Counted from the stretch's first letter, positions 11,683 to 25,675 are shown. The stretch: DNA of 64,000 bases from Octopus sinensis (GCF_006345805.1 NC_042997.1:107136001-107200000), one strand, 5' to 3'. Notes: generated by a model not told the origin, from the letters alone. Translations and numbers: made by a program.

Positions 11683-12240
11683 ACTTACGGAAATGTTTCA
11701 TAAAGGATAGTGTTGTTTATATATGTGTGTGTGCGTGTGGTGGTTGAGAAATGCATTATGAGAATAAATAAAAGCGTGATTGTTACCAGCGTCGCCTTAC
11801 TGGCACTTGTGCCGATGATATGTGACAAACAACACTCAAGTGAGGGCGTTGCCAGTGCCACCGGACTGGCTCTTGTGGAGGTGACAAGTAAAAACACCAT
11901 TTGACCATGGCCGTTGCCAGTACCGCCTGACCGGACCTTGTGCCAGTGGCACGTAAAAACACCAACTCCACTCTCGGAGTGGTTGACATAAGGAAGGGCA
12001 TCTAGCTATAGAAACTCTTCCAGATCAAGAACGGAGCCTGGTGCAGCCATCTGGTTTGCCAGCCCTCAGTCAACCGTCAAACCCATGCCAGCATTGAAAG
12101 CGGACGTTAAACAGTGATGAGGATGATGATGTATTATCAGCTGATTGAAAGAAATTCATTCACAGGACATTTCACCAGATGTCAACATCTAGCAAGAAGC
12201 ACTTTCAATGCGCATGCATATCTCCTCTCCTAAAATATTT
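11683..12240. promoter_or_regulatory. Bidirectional promoter cassette copy P1 (degraded, SINE-interrupted)
   Basis: Minus-strand donor CC|GTAAGT at 11688; TGCGCATGCATA at 12209-12220; the plus-strand donor is mutated (AAAGCAGC). Confidence 0.55.
11770..12130 (+). mobile_element. SINE-like insertion with (GAT)n tail inside P1
   Basis: Absent from paralogues P2 and P3; same family at ~49000-49380 and ~61140-61460. Confidence 0.75.
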
Positions 12241-12422
12241 AAAGCAGCAACGTGTAATTATCCTCCTTTATGTAACAGTATAATGCTGTTGATTTTTAGA
12301 TTTTAGCTCCAGAAACAATCCATTTAGCCACAGCAACAAATCATTCATTGTGGCTCCGTTTTTTAAAGTGTTTACAGTTTGTTAACTTTCCTTGATGCCA
12401 ACCTCTTCCCCACCCCTTATAG

Positions 12423-12483
12423 CATAGACTAACATGGTTTACTGTTGAAATTCCTGCAATATGAAATAGAAAATCACCAATCA
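12423..12483 (+). other. Putative non-coding exon (paralogue of 17628-17700)
   Basis: Pyrimidine tract plus TAG acceptor at 12422; CA|GTGAGT donor at 12484. Confidence 0.45.
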
Positions 12484-13785
12484 GTGAGTCTATATTTATT
12501 CATACATGAAAACAAATACAATATTTGTTTATAACAGTTTTCTAGCACTATATTTTACATCACTCTATCTGTATTCTTTTATGTTTCAGTCATCTGACTG
12601 TAGCCATGTTGGAGCACACCTTGTGATAACTTACCTCTGTGATATTTATAATACAAATAATTTCTTCCAGGTTGAATTTATTTTGTGTGTGTTTGGTATA
12701 TATAAATGTTTGCCTGAGTCTGCAACTTTGTAAATATAAACATTGGTACACAGGGTGTTCCGGTTACATTTCAAGAGAGTTTTTATGTCTCTTTCATTCA
12801 GGAAAAACTATGTATTATTGAAAAGTCAATGGTGTTGGAGAGTTGAATAAAATTTATCTAACATGAACAACTGGAAACCATCTGAATATTGAACCCTTTC
12901 ATATGTTCACATTACAAAGGCTTTCTCCTATTCATGCTCCATATTGAGTAGTGTTTCATATTTGCACTTCCATGCATCTTTATTTTGAATCATGGAACTG
13001 AAGTATGACATTATCCTTCTGCACACACATCCCACAACTCAGTTTTCTCTGCTACACTATCCTGCAAAACAGAGTACTTCATATTTTTGGTCCTGAAGCT
13101 GTAGAATATTGGCATACCTCTTTCCATTGTTTTTTCCCCCTTGCTAAATAGACCTGTCTCTAAGCTTTTCTTCAAGCTACAAGCCATCCCCATTTTTTTT
13201 AATAGCGCTGTATACTTTCCTGTTCCACCATTACATTACACTTTACTTGGCTGGCATTTTGCACCAACAGATTTGTTCTGCAGCTCTACATGGGCTGTCT
13301 CAAAGAAACTTCCAGTTGTCCTCTATTTCCTCCATTTCAACAAAGGCTTTAAATAGTACATCACATCTCCAACTGTTTTAAGGATCCCTAAGTTTCTAGG
13401 AAATCTCTCAGACCTTCAAGCTCTCAGTCTCAAATCATTTACTGCCAACCTATGTTATTAAGTTCATTCTTTACAAGGGAATCACTGTACATTCACAAGG
13501 ATCTGCCTATCCTGTTTTCCAGAGAGAATGTAACCAGTGTGGCATGTGGGTCACCAGATTCATAGTAGATCAAGAGGCTGGTAATTTTCACCCTGTTCTG
13601 AAGTTAAGGTTGACAAAAACAAGGTGGGATTGAGAAAAAGCATCTCCTCTAAAATGCTTATTTTCAATTTTATGAAAAAAATCTTAATTTGGACATTTGA
13701 GAACTTATTTCTGCAAAGTTTAATTATGAAAAAAAAAACATTATTTACAAACTAACAAGGAATCAGTCTAGTGTGGGGCACTAAA

Positions 13786-13879
13786 CTATACTTATGCCAA
13801 AATGTTCATCCTTTGTGCTCTCTTCTGTTTTGTACTTGGGGTCATTGTTTATGTAAATATTTGACAACTTACAGTATTC
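13786..13879 (-). other. Conserved 94-nt block downstream of ZNF gene A, putative terminal exon
   Basis: CACAG|GAATACTGTAA...GTATAG; same length as the copies at 25985-26078 and 36524-36617. Confidence 0.45.
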
Positions 13880-14046
13880 CTGTGTATGAAACAGTTATAA
13901 CTTGTAAATGCATGAGTGGCCTAGGAAGGAGTGAGAGATGAATATTAGAAAAAGCAAAACTAAAAAAAAAAAATTTTTGTAAATACTTTAGTGATAATTT
14001 CCATTGCATAAAACAGGAATATTAAACGAATACAGCAAACAAGAAA

Positions 14047-14850
14047 CTATAGAAACTGCACTTTTCCTTTCTCACCTGTATGAATATGTTTGTGTTTGGT
14101 TAAGGTAGCATTTTGAGAGAATGATTTACCACAGATATCACAATGATATGGTTTCTCTCCTGTATGAATACGATTGTGCTTTGTTAAAGCAGTATTTTCA
14201 GAGAATGATTTACCACAGACATTGCAATGATACGGTTTCTCTCCTGTGTGAATACGTATGTGTTTTGTTAAGGTAGTACTTTCAGAGAATGACTTACCAC
14301 AGGTATCACAATGATACGGTTTCTCTCCTGTATGAGTACGTTTGTGTATAGTTAGGGTATAACTTTGAGAGAATGATTTACCACAGATATTACAATGATA
14401 TGGTTTCTCTCCTGTATGAGTACGTTTGTGTCCAGTTAGGTGAATATTTTGAGAGAATGATTTACCACAGATATCACAATGATATGATCTCTCTCCTGTA
14501 TGAGTATGTTTGTGTTTAGATAAGTGACTACTGCTAGAGAATGATTTACCACAGATATCACAATGATATGGTGTCTCACCAGTGTGAATACGTTTGTGTA
14601 TAGATAAGTTACCATTTTGAGAGAATGATTTACCACAGATATCACAATATGATCTCTCTCCTGTATGAGTACGTTTGTGCACTGCAACATCACTACTCCG
14701 AGAGAATGATTTACCACAGATATCACAATGATATGGTTTCTCCCCAGTATGAATATATTTGTGTCTAGATAAGTTACTCTCTTTAGAGAATGATTTATTA
14801 CAGATATCGCAATGATATACTTTCTCTCCTGTAGAAATATGTTTGTGCAT
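14047..14850 (-). CDS. C2H2 zinc-finger gene A: 9 complete fingers; ancestral start lost
   Basis: Tandem CxxC-x12-HxxxH with TGEKPY linkers; ends [11 protein letters not shown] like gene C. A degenerate first finger lies just upstream. Candidate acceptor at 15313/15314 and first-exon donor at 17286. Confidence 0.85.
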   Translation of the reverse strand: MHKHISTGEKVYHCDICNKSFSKESNLSRHKYIHTGEKPYHCDICGKSFSRSSDVAVHKRTHTGERSYCDICGKSFSQNGNLSIHKRIHTGETPYHCDICGKSFSSSSHLSKHKHTHTGERSYHCDICGKSFSQNIHLTGHKRTHTGEKPYHCNICGKSFSQSYTLTIHKRTHTGEKPYHCDTCGKSFSESTTLTKHIRIHTGEKPYHCNVCGKSFSENTALTKHNRIHTGEKPYHCDICGKSFSQNATLTKHKHIHTGEKGKVQFL

Positions 14851-17280
14851 GATTAAGTTACTTTTCCGAGAGAAGGAATTTATACAAATATCACAGTCAT
14901 ATGATCTTATCTCTTTTAATTATGTGTTTAGTGCAAATTAATTCTATAATTTTCTCACTCTTTTCTATTACTTTTCCTCTCAAATCCCAGTCAATATATT
15001 TTTCTTGCTTTTGTTTTTATACTTTGTTCCTTACATACACTTCTGCTGCTGTATTTCTGTCCAGTGTTACCTTTGTTTAGCAACACTTTCATAAATTTAT
15101 CAAACTTTAATCATGACACAGTCTTATCTTCTTGACATTCCAGTCAATAATGTTCACAAATTTGGCTAATAATATTATTCCAGAGTAAATGTTTCACAAG
15201 AATTCTTCCACAGATTTGTACAAACAATGTTATACATCTGATTTGTATAATATTTTCCTTTAGTCTTTAAAACATGGTAGATATTGAGGATTCTTCTTCT
15301 GGCATCTGATGTTCTGAAATTATAGAGACACAACAGTGTAAAATGTAGAGACTGCTTAAAAAATACAAATTCATTTCTATTGAGATAAATTGTAGAAACA
15401 AACATTTACCGTAAAAACTGAGCTGGATGCCAATAGTTCCATAAAATGCCAATCTCTCAAAGTAGATAGAACAAGTGGAAGAGGGACACCAAAAATGACG
15501 CAGGATGAAGTGTTGATGAAAGAACACAGAATGCTGAACCTTTCAGGTAACATGATAATGACTGCGAGGCCTAACACCTTGCTGTGCTCAAGAAGACCCA
15601 TACTCGACAGCATAAGCATTCAGACTCATCCCTCTAGTAGTGAAAAGCACATGTGACCATTCTTCATAAAAGTGGATGTGCAGTGCCACCATGTTATGGC
15701 AACAGTGTGGTGGCACATGAAAATTATCCTGCAGTGCCACATAAAGGCACCTTGTGCACTGTGAAGTGGTTGGCACTAGGAAAGGTATCCAGCTGTAGAA
15801 ATCATTACAAACGAGACTGGAGTGTGTGGAAGCTCTACAGCTTGCTAGTTCGGGTCAAGCCATCAAACTATGCTAGCATGGACAACAGATGACAATGAAC
15901 TTAACATTTTAATTTATAAAAATTGACTTCAAAGAATTTTGTCTGAAGCTTCCATATTTGTAAACTACACTGACACCTTCACATAGAATATTGGACACTA
16001 ACATTAGTCTTTCACCATAAATATAACTTGACATTGTTGTTTACATCCAGGTCAGTTCTGACTGAGCAGGTATATGATTATAGACATTCCATCCATGAAC
16101 ATCCTGGCTATTTCTATAACGTTGTATATCTATCACTACATCATCCAATAGTCTTCAATATTCCTGACTGGAAGGGGAAATTTAAGGGAGATGTACTATT
16201 ATTTCCAGCAGGTCATACAATCATATGGATAATCGCAGGACCTAAAAATTTTTATGACAAATAAAACAAGAATAAACATCGACGAATAACAAAAAGCCAA
16301 CTGAATTAGAAAAACACAAAATGTTTAACAACTGATTTCCATCCATGTGATTTCAAGTTCAATTCCACAGAGCAGTACCTTGAGCAAGTGTCTTCTTTAA
16401 TAACACCAGTGCATCTAAAACCATCTGAGTGGATTTGATAGACAGAAACAGAAAGAACGTTGTCCTCTGTATATGTGTGTGTGTCTTCGTATCACTTAAT
16501 ACATGTCAATGCACATCAACATGAAGATATGTGCAGAGATGGGGAAATATTACCTTACTTGGAAACTAGTGATGCTTGATAACAAGAAGGCCATCTGGCA
16601 GGGAAAAAATGTCTCCTTGACCCACAAAAGAACGGAAAATTGGTTTTTCTTGCTGGGTACTTGTTTTGCACATCATCATCATCATCACCATAGTTTTATC
16701 ATCGAAATTTTTATGTTCGCATGAGCCAAATTCTTTTTCTGCACTATGCTTTTCAAACAATGCAGAAAGACTCTCTTTAAACAAACAAACAAAGAAGTCC
16801 ATGAAATTAGTGAAAATCCCCAATGAAGGAAAGCTGCTCCTTACTCCTTGTCCTTACAACAGTGATCACCATTACAATTCTTGTCCCCTCTTTTACTTTA
16901 CAACACAAAATGAAACATGTAATATTTGTTTGTTTAAACCTTTTCCATTCAACACAAACAAAAGAAATTAATGAATCTAAAAATTAACAATGGAACCATG
17001 TTTACTCTGTATTTATGATCTTCTTTTTACCCTGTAATCAAAATTACAGAGTAAATATAGTTCCACTCTTGTTTTTAGATTCAGTTATTCTTTCGTTTGT
17101 GTTAGATAAAGTCTGAAATAAAAATTGTTTCATTTGCAAATGAAACTGGGTTAACATGCAGTTTCCTCTCATAAAATAGCGAAAGTAAATTGCCCTTAAA
17201 AAAATGAAAATTGAGTCGCCAAAAACTGAAAGTCTACAGAATTAAAAACGGTAAAACATTGAATATTTTCATTGTTTAAT

Positions 17281-17489
17281 ACTTACGGATATGTTTCAGA
17301 AAAGATAGTGTTGTTATATATGTGTGTGTGTGTGTGTGTGTGTGGTTGTTGAGAAATGTAATGTATGTATCATAAATCTATTATTATCAGCTGATCAAGA
17401 GAAATTCTTGCGAAGAACGTGCGTCAACGTCGAGTGGAAGTACTTTCAATGCGCATGCGTATGTTCTATCGGAAATATGTAAGGTACGT
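17281..17489. promoter_or_regulatory. Bidirectional promoter cassette copy P2
   Basis: Minus donor CC|GTAAGT at 17286; TGCGCATGCGTA at 17450-17461; plus donor AAG|GTACGT at 17484. Confidence 0.65.
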
Positions 17490-17627
17490 AACTCTTTTTA
17501 AATCCCTTTATCTTTTAGAATAGTGAAGCTAATAAATTTTATGTATGACGTTTTAATAGGTCGCTGCTCACTATGCCCTGCCAGTTCTTTCTTAATTCTG
17601 GTATTCTTTTCTACTTGCTTCTTGCAG

Positions 17628-17700
17628 AATGAAGTAATATGGTTTACTGTCAAAATTCAATATATATGAAACAAACAAAAGAAATCACCCATCAATAAAG
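17628..17700 (+). other. Putative non-coding exon 2 of the rightward transcript from P2
   Basis: TTTTCTACTTGCTTCTTGCAG| acceptor and AAG|GTTAGA donor. Confidence 0.5.
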
Positions 17701-18509
17701 GTTAGATGAAAGCAAATACGACAGTTGCTGATAACAACTTTACCACACTATATTTTCCATTGTTCCATCTGTATTTACACTCTTCAGATAATTTACATCT
17801 GTTATATTTTTAATATAAATAGTTTTTTTTTATAAATTTTCATTTTATGTTGCAAGAGGTTTAATCTGACACTGTTTTGACTCCGATATTATTACATTTG
17901 TGAGGAGTCAGAATTAATTTTGGCTATAAACGCACTCACCAGTTGTTTGTGTATATTTCTGCAGTCTTCTCAATTATATCGTGAAAAATATTGTTGGTGA
18001 ACATAGTCAAACATTAACAAGGGAATGGAACTTATACAATCCACGACTACAGAGTGTGCTTTTGGGCATTAGAAACTGTTATTTCTCTCGAATTTTATCA
18101 ACATCTTGCCGAAAATTCATGTACGTTGTATGTAGAATATTATTGGAAATAAGGGCATCCAGTCATAGAAATCATACCACAGCTGAGGGTAGAGCTTGGC
18201 AGACAAAAAATAAGACCTGTTAAAGGGCGGAGGAACTACAACGTAGTCAACGGCCATTCAACTACGTGTGTTTGTGGAGTGTTTATATGTGTGTATTGTG
18301 TATGTTACATTTTAAACTGTGTGTGTGTGTATTTTATATGCTGTGTTTCGGCCTGTGTGTGTGCGTTTTTTTTTTTTATTGTATATATTGTATGGGTAGT
18401 GGGCATGTGCTTCTGGTCCTGTACGGGTAAAGACACGTCCCCTGCAAGAGTCTCCCGCTGCCTTGCCGGTAGGTTTTTTTTTTTTTTTTTTTTTTGGTTA
18501 ATCAAAGGC

Positions 18510-21500
18510 TAGGGAGTAATCCATATCCAAATCCGGAGTGGAGCCCCTAAGGCGGTTAGGTGATGAAATCCATCATCTCTCTGTCAGCGCCTGCAGTCTA
18601 GTCGTGGCTAGGATGTGTCATCCTGAGTCCCTTCTGGCAAGATCGGCTGGATCGAGACCAGGGTCCTGGGCTTGGGCAACTCGAGGCCTCCACAGTTCTC
18701 TTGCCCAGGAATCAGTGACTCCACCCCTCTACTTTTTTTTCTTCTAAGTCCTGAAGCAATGGGCAAGTGGTGACGGTGGCAGGTGCAGGATGGCGCTGGG
18801 AGCTGCTAGCCAGGGACCTGCACTCGGGCATTCAGGGTAGGATGGTCGTTCTACAGCCTACCTGGGTAAGGGCATAGTTCGGCAGCCACTCTGACGACGG
18901 AGCAGACCTCTTCAGGGATAGCACTGTCCCCCCCCCTTATGGGGAAGGGTCTAGAAAAAGTGACCTAAAGAAAGCTTGCCTCATCTCATCCTGTCAGCAT
19001 ACCGCTGCTGACTGGTCATCTACCATGCGGTCTTAACATGAAAGAAATACGGAAGAACTCAAATTCCTTCCTCCGGAAAAGCGCTTTATGCGTTGGAGTC
19101 TGGAACATCAGGACACTCATGGACAACCGAAACTGTGACAGATGAGAACGTCAAACAGCACTTGTGGGTCGAGAACTGCAGAGATACAGCATTGATGTTG
19201 TTGCCCTCAGCGAGACACACCTTGTTGACATAGGGGAGATCACCGGGGCTTGAGCTGGATGCACTTTCTTTTGGTCATAGAAGGCACCGGTTGAACGCAG
19301 GGAAGCAGGAGCTGGCTTTGCCATTCGCACCGCCCTCGTCAAGAATCTGGAGTCTCTCCCAAGAGGAATCAGTGACCGCCTGATGGTGATGAGAATTCCT
19401 CTCCAAGGCAAGATGCACCTGACACTCATCAGTGCTTACGCTCCCACCACAACCTACACTCTGGAGAAGAAAGAGCTGTTCCATCAGAACTTCATCAAAG
19501 TGCTACGGTCAGTTCCTAAAGACCACCAGCTTCTGATACTCGGGGACATTAATGCCTGTGTAGGCAGAGATGCCCAGTCTTGGCCAGATGTCATCGGACA
19601 TGAGAATACCAACTGTCAACTGCTACTCACCTTCTGCACTGAAAAGAGACTCACCATTACCTATACCCTGTACCAACTGCCTGACATCCACAAGGTTACC
19701 TGGATGCACCCAAGGTCCAAGAATTGGTACCTGATTGACTATGTGATCACCAGGTGCCATGACATCCAGGATGTTCACATCAACCTGTCTATGGGCAATG
19801 AGGTTAGCTGGCTGCTGGACATGTCACCTGCTGTTGAGGTGCAGACTGTTCTTTTCCATCGTCAGCAGACACAGACGCTAGAAAGCTGTTGTTAAAAAAA
19901 CTGGAAGAGCAGAAACCCAATGAACCCAAAACAAAAGAGACCCTCGTTTCCAACCTTGCAAACCAGCTTGAACATCTGCCAGCAGAGGGAAACCTTGAGA
20001 AGGCCTGGGCCAACTTCTGGGATGCAGTGTATGATTCTAGCAGCCTTACCCTTGGCCACACACAACGGAAACACCAAGATTGGTTTGACAACAACAAGGA
20101 GATCACCACCCTCTTCTAGGAGAAGAAAGAAGCCTTCACAGCCTGGCTCAACGAAAAAAGACTCCCAAGCCAAGCACAACCGCCTCAAGAACATCAGTTG
20201 CAGACTGAGCTGCAACAGATGAAAGACAAGTGGTGGGAAAACAAGGCTGCAAAACTACAGCATTATGCAGACGAGTGCAACTCCCAGAAGTTCTTTGCAA
20301 GCCTGAAAGACGTGTATGGCTCCACGCTAAATGCAATGGCACCGGTGCGCTCTGCCGATGGAACCCTGCCTACTGAGAAGAGCAACATCATACTGCGCTG
20401 GAGTGAACACTTCAGTCAGCTGCTAACAGACCTTCCCAGATTGACCAGCAGACCATCCAATATATGCCACAGTGCAAAGTTTCTAGTGTCGCTTGAGGAC
20501 CCTCCCCACAAACACTGGCAAAAATCCAGAAGGCCATCAAGCAACTACATGTGGGGAAAGCACCTGGTCCTGATGGAATACCCCCAGAGATCTTCAAAGA
20601 GGGAGGTGAAGCAGTTGCCATCAAGCTGACTGAGCTGATACAGCAGTTCTAGGATGAAGGGTCAGTGCTGCAGGACTTCAAGGATGCCAACATCGTGCAT
20701 CTGTACAAGAACAAGTGGGGCAGAGCTTCATGTGACAACCACAGGGGTATCTCATTGCTGAGCATTGCAGGAAAGATCATAGCCCGTGTTTTTATGAACC
20801 ACATCACACACCACCTGCTGGACGACGTGGCCTCAGAGAGCTAGTGTGGATTTAGGAACAACAGGCGGACAGTACACATGGCGTTTGCAGTTCGGCAGAT
20901 CCAAGAGAAGTGCCGAGGACAAAACCAGAACCTCTACATCCTCTTCATGCACCTGACGAAGGCTTTTGACAGCCGAGAGGGCCTGTGTGATATCTTGTCC
21001 AAGCCAGGCTGCCCACCAAAGCTCATCAGGATCATCCAGTCATTTCATGATGGCATGATGGCTCGCATTGTGGAAAACGGAGATGTCTCTGATCCATTCC
21101 CAGTCTCCAATGGCGTGAAGCAAGGCTGCGTGATGGCTCCCACACACTTCAGCCTCATGTTTGCTACCATTCTCTTCTGCACTGTTCAAGTCTGATGCTG
21201 GTATCACTATCCGCTACAGATGTGACGGCCGATTCTTTGACCTCAGACGTCTGAAGGCAAAACCCAAAGTCCTGGACACCCTAGTGAGACTTCTTGTTTG
21301 CAGACGATTGTGTGCTTGCAGCATTGAATGAACCAGGCCTGCAAGAACTTGCCACTTGTCTCACAGAAGCAGCAAAAGCCTTTGGACTGACCATTAGCCA
21401 GCGAAAAACAGAGGTGATGCCTCAACCTGCACCTGGCCTGACACCTCCTGAGCCTCAGATTAAGACTGAGGGTACAACTCTGAACAACGTGGAGAGCTTT

Positions 21501-22215
21501 ACATATTTGGGAAGCTGCCTGTCCTCAAACTGCAGATGTCTCCATGAGACTTGCAAAAGCAGGAGCTTCGTTTGGCAGACTTTGGACATGTGTGTAGGCT
21601 GAACGAGGCATCAGACTTTCCACCAAACTGGCAGTCGTCATCACCTCTCTGCTCTACGGCTGTGGGACGTGGACGCTGTATAGGAGGCAAATGCGAGAAC
21701 TTGACCAGTTCCACCTCCGCTTCTTGCGACGAATCATGGGAATTTCCTGGGAGGACAGAGTCTCCATCACTCAGGTGCTTCGCAGAGCCGAAATGTCCGG
21801 GATCAAAGCCTTCGTCATGATGACCCAGCTCCGGTGGGTCGGACATGTCCGAATAGACGACGCGCGTCTACCAAAGATGATCTTCTTTGGGCTGGCTTCT
21901 GGAGCAAGAAACCCTGGAAGGCCACTGAGGCGATACAAGGACAGACTGAAAACTTCCCTTTTGGCCTATGGCATTTCAGCCCATGGCTGGTAATCGCTTG
22001 CCTCTGACTGCGGTGCCTGGCGTCCAACAGTCCAAAAGGGTGTCAGGCTTTTCGAGGAAAAGCGCCTCAAGTGCCTGGACCAGAAGTGACAAGTCCAAAA
22101 AGAGAGGATCCCCAACCCTACTTCTGCTGTTATGTGCCCAACATGTGTCTGCCTTTGGTCTCCACTCCCATCTCTGGCGTCACTGACGTCATTGTCGAAC
22201 CCGACAGACTTCCAT
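18510..22215 (+). mobile_element. Near full-length, decayed RTE (BovB-like) LINE
   Basis: APE endonuclease (VWNIRTL, ALSETHL, LISAYAPT, LGDINA, WYLIDYVI), RT (RGISLLSIAGKI, LTKAFDS, GVKQGCVMAP, FADDC) and C-terminal LRWVGHV...GRPLRRYKD; many stops and frameshifts. Confidence 0.93.
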
Positions 22216-23209
22216 TATGACAGGAAAATATAAATGTTTCTGGTATTATTTATTCTCCATCACATGTGTTTTATTTTCTGATTGCAATTACCAAGATTTA
22301 CATGTTATGTAGACAACTAAGGAATTTCCCATTAGAAACAGTTTTCATAATACGAAAATACATTTGAATGAAGAGTTTACATTTAGATATTAATCAGGAG
22401 CATCCCCGAAACTGCTGGAGAAGGAAGGCGGGAAAAATAAACACATTTTTTAGCAGACATACAAACACATCGGTAGTGACATTGCTATTATTCACACACA
22501 GTAGTGTGTGAAGGGTGGTGCTCCAGCATGGCTACTGTCAGATGACTGAAACATGTAAAAGAGTTTAGGTTAACTCTTACTCACTCGCATCCAATTTGAC
22601 GCTTTACCGCTAATTAACTTTTAGCTTAATCTTAATTCAGTTATTTGTGCCATGATAAATCTGTGCTAAGCTATACTTTCACATAATATAATCGAAATTA
22701 GGTTCAGTAGAAAACAAGTTATGATAAAATATGTAGGGCCAAAAATGGGTGAGTAACACCTGATACTTATTTCGCCTCATAATTTCTCAGTTATTGGAAA
22801 AGCAAACTATAATTTAATCCTATTTTTTAAAAAGCATTTGATGAGTAGAAATTTTTAGTGAAAGTCTCTTTAAAAGATATTTGGTACTACAAACAGTTAT
22901 ACAGCTTTAGATAGCCAAATATTTGGTAAGTAATGCCTAAAATTGATTCTGACTCAAAATGTCTCGGGTATTTCATAAGCTGTACATTTTCACAGTACAA
23001 AAAAATTATTAAAAAACGTAGGGCCAAAACTGGGACAGCGGTGCCTAATATTTACTTTCTCATTTTAATTATGATGTTTAAAATAACTTAATGAGTAGAA
23101 TCTTTTGGTAAAAACCTTGCTAAAAGATATTAGATAGAAAAAAAAATTATGCAACTTTAAGTAGCCAGAAGATTTGTTCCAAAAAAGTGCAAGGCCGCAG
23201 TGGAGTTCC

Positions 23210-24060
23210 CACTAAAAAGAAACCACAGGAATTTGATGGAAAATGTGTCAAGGGAGGCCTACCATGTCCAGTTTGAACTATTGGCTGACTAGAACGGATG
23301 GGATGATGAGCAAAGAGCAGTTCAGCTTGCTACTAGTCTAAAGGGCACTGCACTAGAGGTACTGAGCCAGTTGTCTGTGGAGGACAGAAGCTGTTATTCT
23401 TCAATAGTTGAACTGTTCAAGAGAAGATATGGCACAATGTGCCTGAGTGAAGTGTACGGGTACGATTTCAGACCCACATAAGGGTTAGAGGAGCATCACA
23501 ACTGCTTGCCCAGGAACCTTTGGCTCTTCTTCAGAAAGAGCAGTTTATTGATGCTTAGGGCAGGGCAGTGCAGAGCTCAAAGTTCAAGTGAAACAAGCGG
23601 AGCCGAATACTATGCAAGGGGCATTGGCTAGAGCTCTGGAATTTGAGTTGTACGTAAGGTCTAGCACAGGAAGTTTTCAGGTGGACTACAGTCCTGATTT
23701 CAAAGCAAGGAAGGGGCAAGTACGTGAAGCAGAAAGAGTTAATGGAAGTTGTTGGTACCACGAGAAGATTGGACATAAAAAACAAAGCTGTTTGAAAAAG
23801 AAAGAACAAGAGACGGCTGGAATAAATTGTTGACATTGTGGGACACTGTACTGAACTGAGAGGATCGGTTGATGTCCTGATTGAAGTTGCAGGACAAAAG
23901 GTTGTGCTTCCAGTCTATGTGGTGATGAAGTATCCTTGTTTCTTAGGTCTGGACTACTTGTCGTTTATCAGGTGTGAACTGAATGTCTGCTTTATGAAGC
24001 TTTGGTTCAAAGAAAGATTAGACTGTGTCAAGGTGGTAAAGTGGATCCTACCGAAATCGG
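23210..24060 (+). pseudogene. Gypsy gag-protease remnant
   Basis: KPQEFDG...QFELLA..NGWDDEQRAVQLATSLKGTALEVL...FKRRYG; degenerate knuckle CWYHEKIGHKKQSC; protease end CFLGLDYL. Confidence 0.75.
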
Positions 24061-24114
24061 AACTACAGATCAAGTGTAGTGTGAAGCACCATATTGACAA
24101 AGGTGATCATTGGA

Positions 24115-24385
24115 GCAAGAAACCCTGGAAGGCCACTGAGGCGATACAAGGAGAGCCTGAAAACTTCCCTTTTGGCCAGTGGCATTTCAGCCCGTTGCTG
24201 GTGCCTGGCGTCCAGCAGTCCAAAAGGGTGTCAGGCTGTTTGAGGAAAAGTGACAAGCCCGAAAAGAGAGGATCCCCAACCCTACATCTGCTGTTATGTG
24301 CCCAACATGTGGCCGCATCTGCGCAACCACCTTTGGTCTCCACCCCCACCTCTGGCGTCACTGATGTCTTTGTCGAACCCAACAG
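24115..24385 (+). mobile_element. 5'-truncated RTE 3' end, same family as 21905-22210
   Basis: GCAAGAAACCCTGGAAGGCCACTGAGGCGATACAAGG...GTCGAACCCAACAGACTTCC matches the LINE tail. Confidence 0.88.
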
Positions 24386-24695
24386 ACTTCCAATCGAGCA
24401 ACCGCTTTGGAGGATGGTGCCAGTGCAGTGTAAAGAAACGGAACATTCTGAAAGAGAAGTCAATACGGAAAGATGTCAGAATTGCAAAATCTTCGTCAAA
24501 TCTTTGTAGACGAGACCAAATCTTTCCAGAAAGTCAAAGAATAGCATACACATGTGTTGCAGGAATGTGATAGGAAAACACTTGAACCAGAAAATAGTTC
24601 TTTTAATGAAATAAAATGGGAAACTAAAAGAGCAAATTTCCTCACTGAACAGTGATAAAAGCTGAAAGTCAAAAAGTAAATTTCAGTTGATCCGG

Positions 24696-25225
<530 letters not shown>

Positions 25226-25533
25226 TTTCTTGTTTGCTATATTTGTTTAATATTCCTGTGTTTTATGACAGAAGTATTTCCAGAAATTTCACATTTTTTT
25301 GTTTTGTTTCTGCAATATTCTTCTCCTCCTCATTTCTTGACCACGCATGCAGTTTCCTTTCAACGATAAAGGGACCTCCATTCCAAATTACTTTCTCACA
25401 ATCCTACATATTATTCTTGAAAATCGCATCTTGTGATTACAGTGCATTTGTTGTTTGTCTTTTTAATGCTTCACTCTTTAAATATGTTATACAATTATAT
25501 ATACAGTTCTATATTTAAGAGATGAGGAATTAT

Positions 25534-25675
25534 GTGCATTATTTACATTTGACGGATATTTGTCCTCATCTTGATTGTTGTTAACACAATGTTTTATCTG
25601 ATATACCCTCCAGCCTTCATCAGGTGTCTTGAGGAAATTTCGAACCTGGGTTCTCATTCCTAAGGTATTTTTCGA

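Larger units (their letters stand above)
13580..17210 (-). repeat. Segmental duplication arm (ZNF A with 3' flank and upstream region), inverted copy of ~33000-36820
   Basis: Colinear reverse-complement match; near-identical ORF-track translations, e.g. 16028-16264 vs 33928-34164. Confidence 0.92.

Noticed and set aside
14436-14726. Alternative-frame and antisense ORFs over the ZNF genes (also 24861-25043, 35362-35559, 35815-36135)
   Set aside because: By-products of the 84-bp finger periodicity; no independent signals.
15267-15304. Short uORF M(P/T)EE(E/A)SSISTMF* shared by genes A and C
   Set aside because: Twelve codons kept between close paralogues is expected by chance at this identity.
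18215-22260. Target-site duplication and exact 5' end of the RTE LINE
   Set aside because: No convincing direct repeat found by eye; boundaries left approximate.
22730-23190. ~287-bp diverged tandem duplication
   Set aside because: Only about 1.6 units, no coding or terminal features; ordinary local duplication.
23838-24509. 223-aa ORF as a novel gene
   Set aside because: Chance read-through of a Gypsy protease remnant into an RTE 3' fragment.
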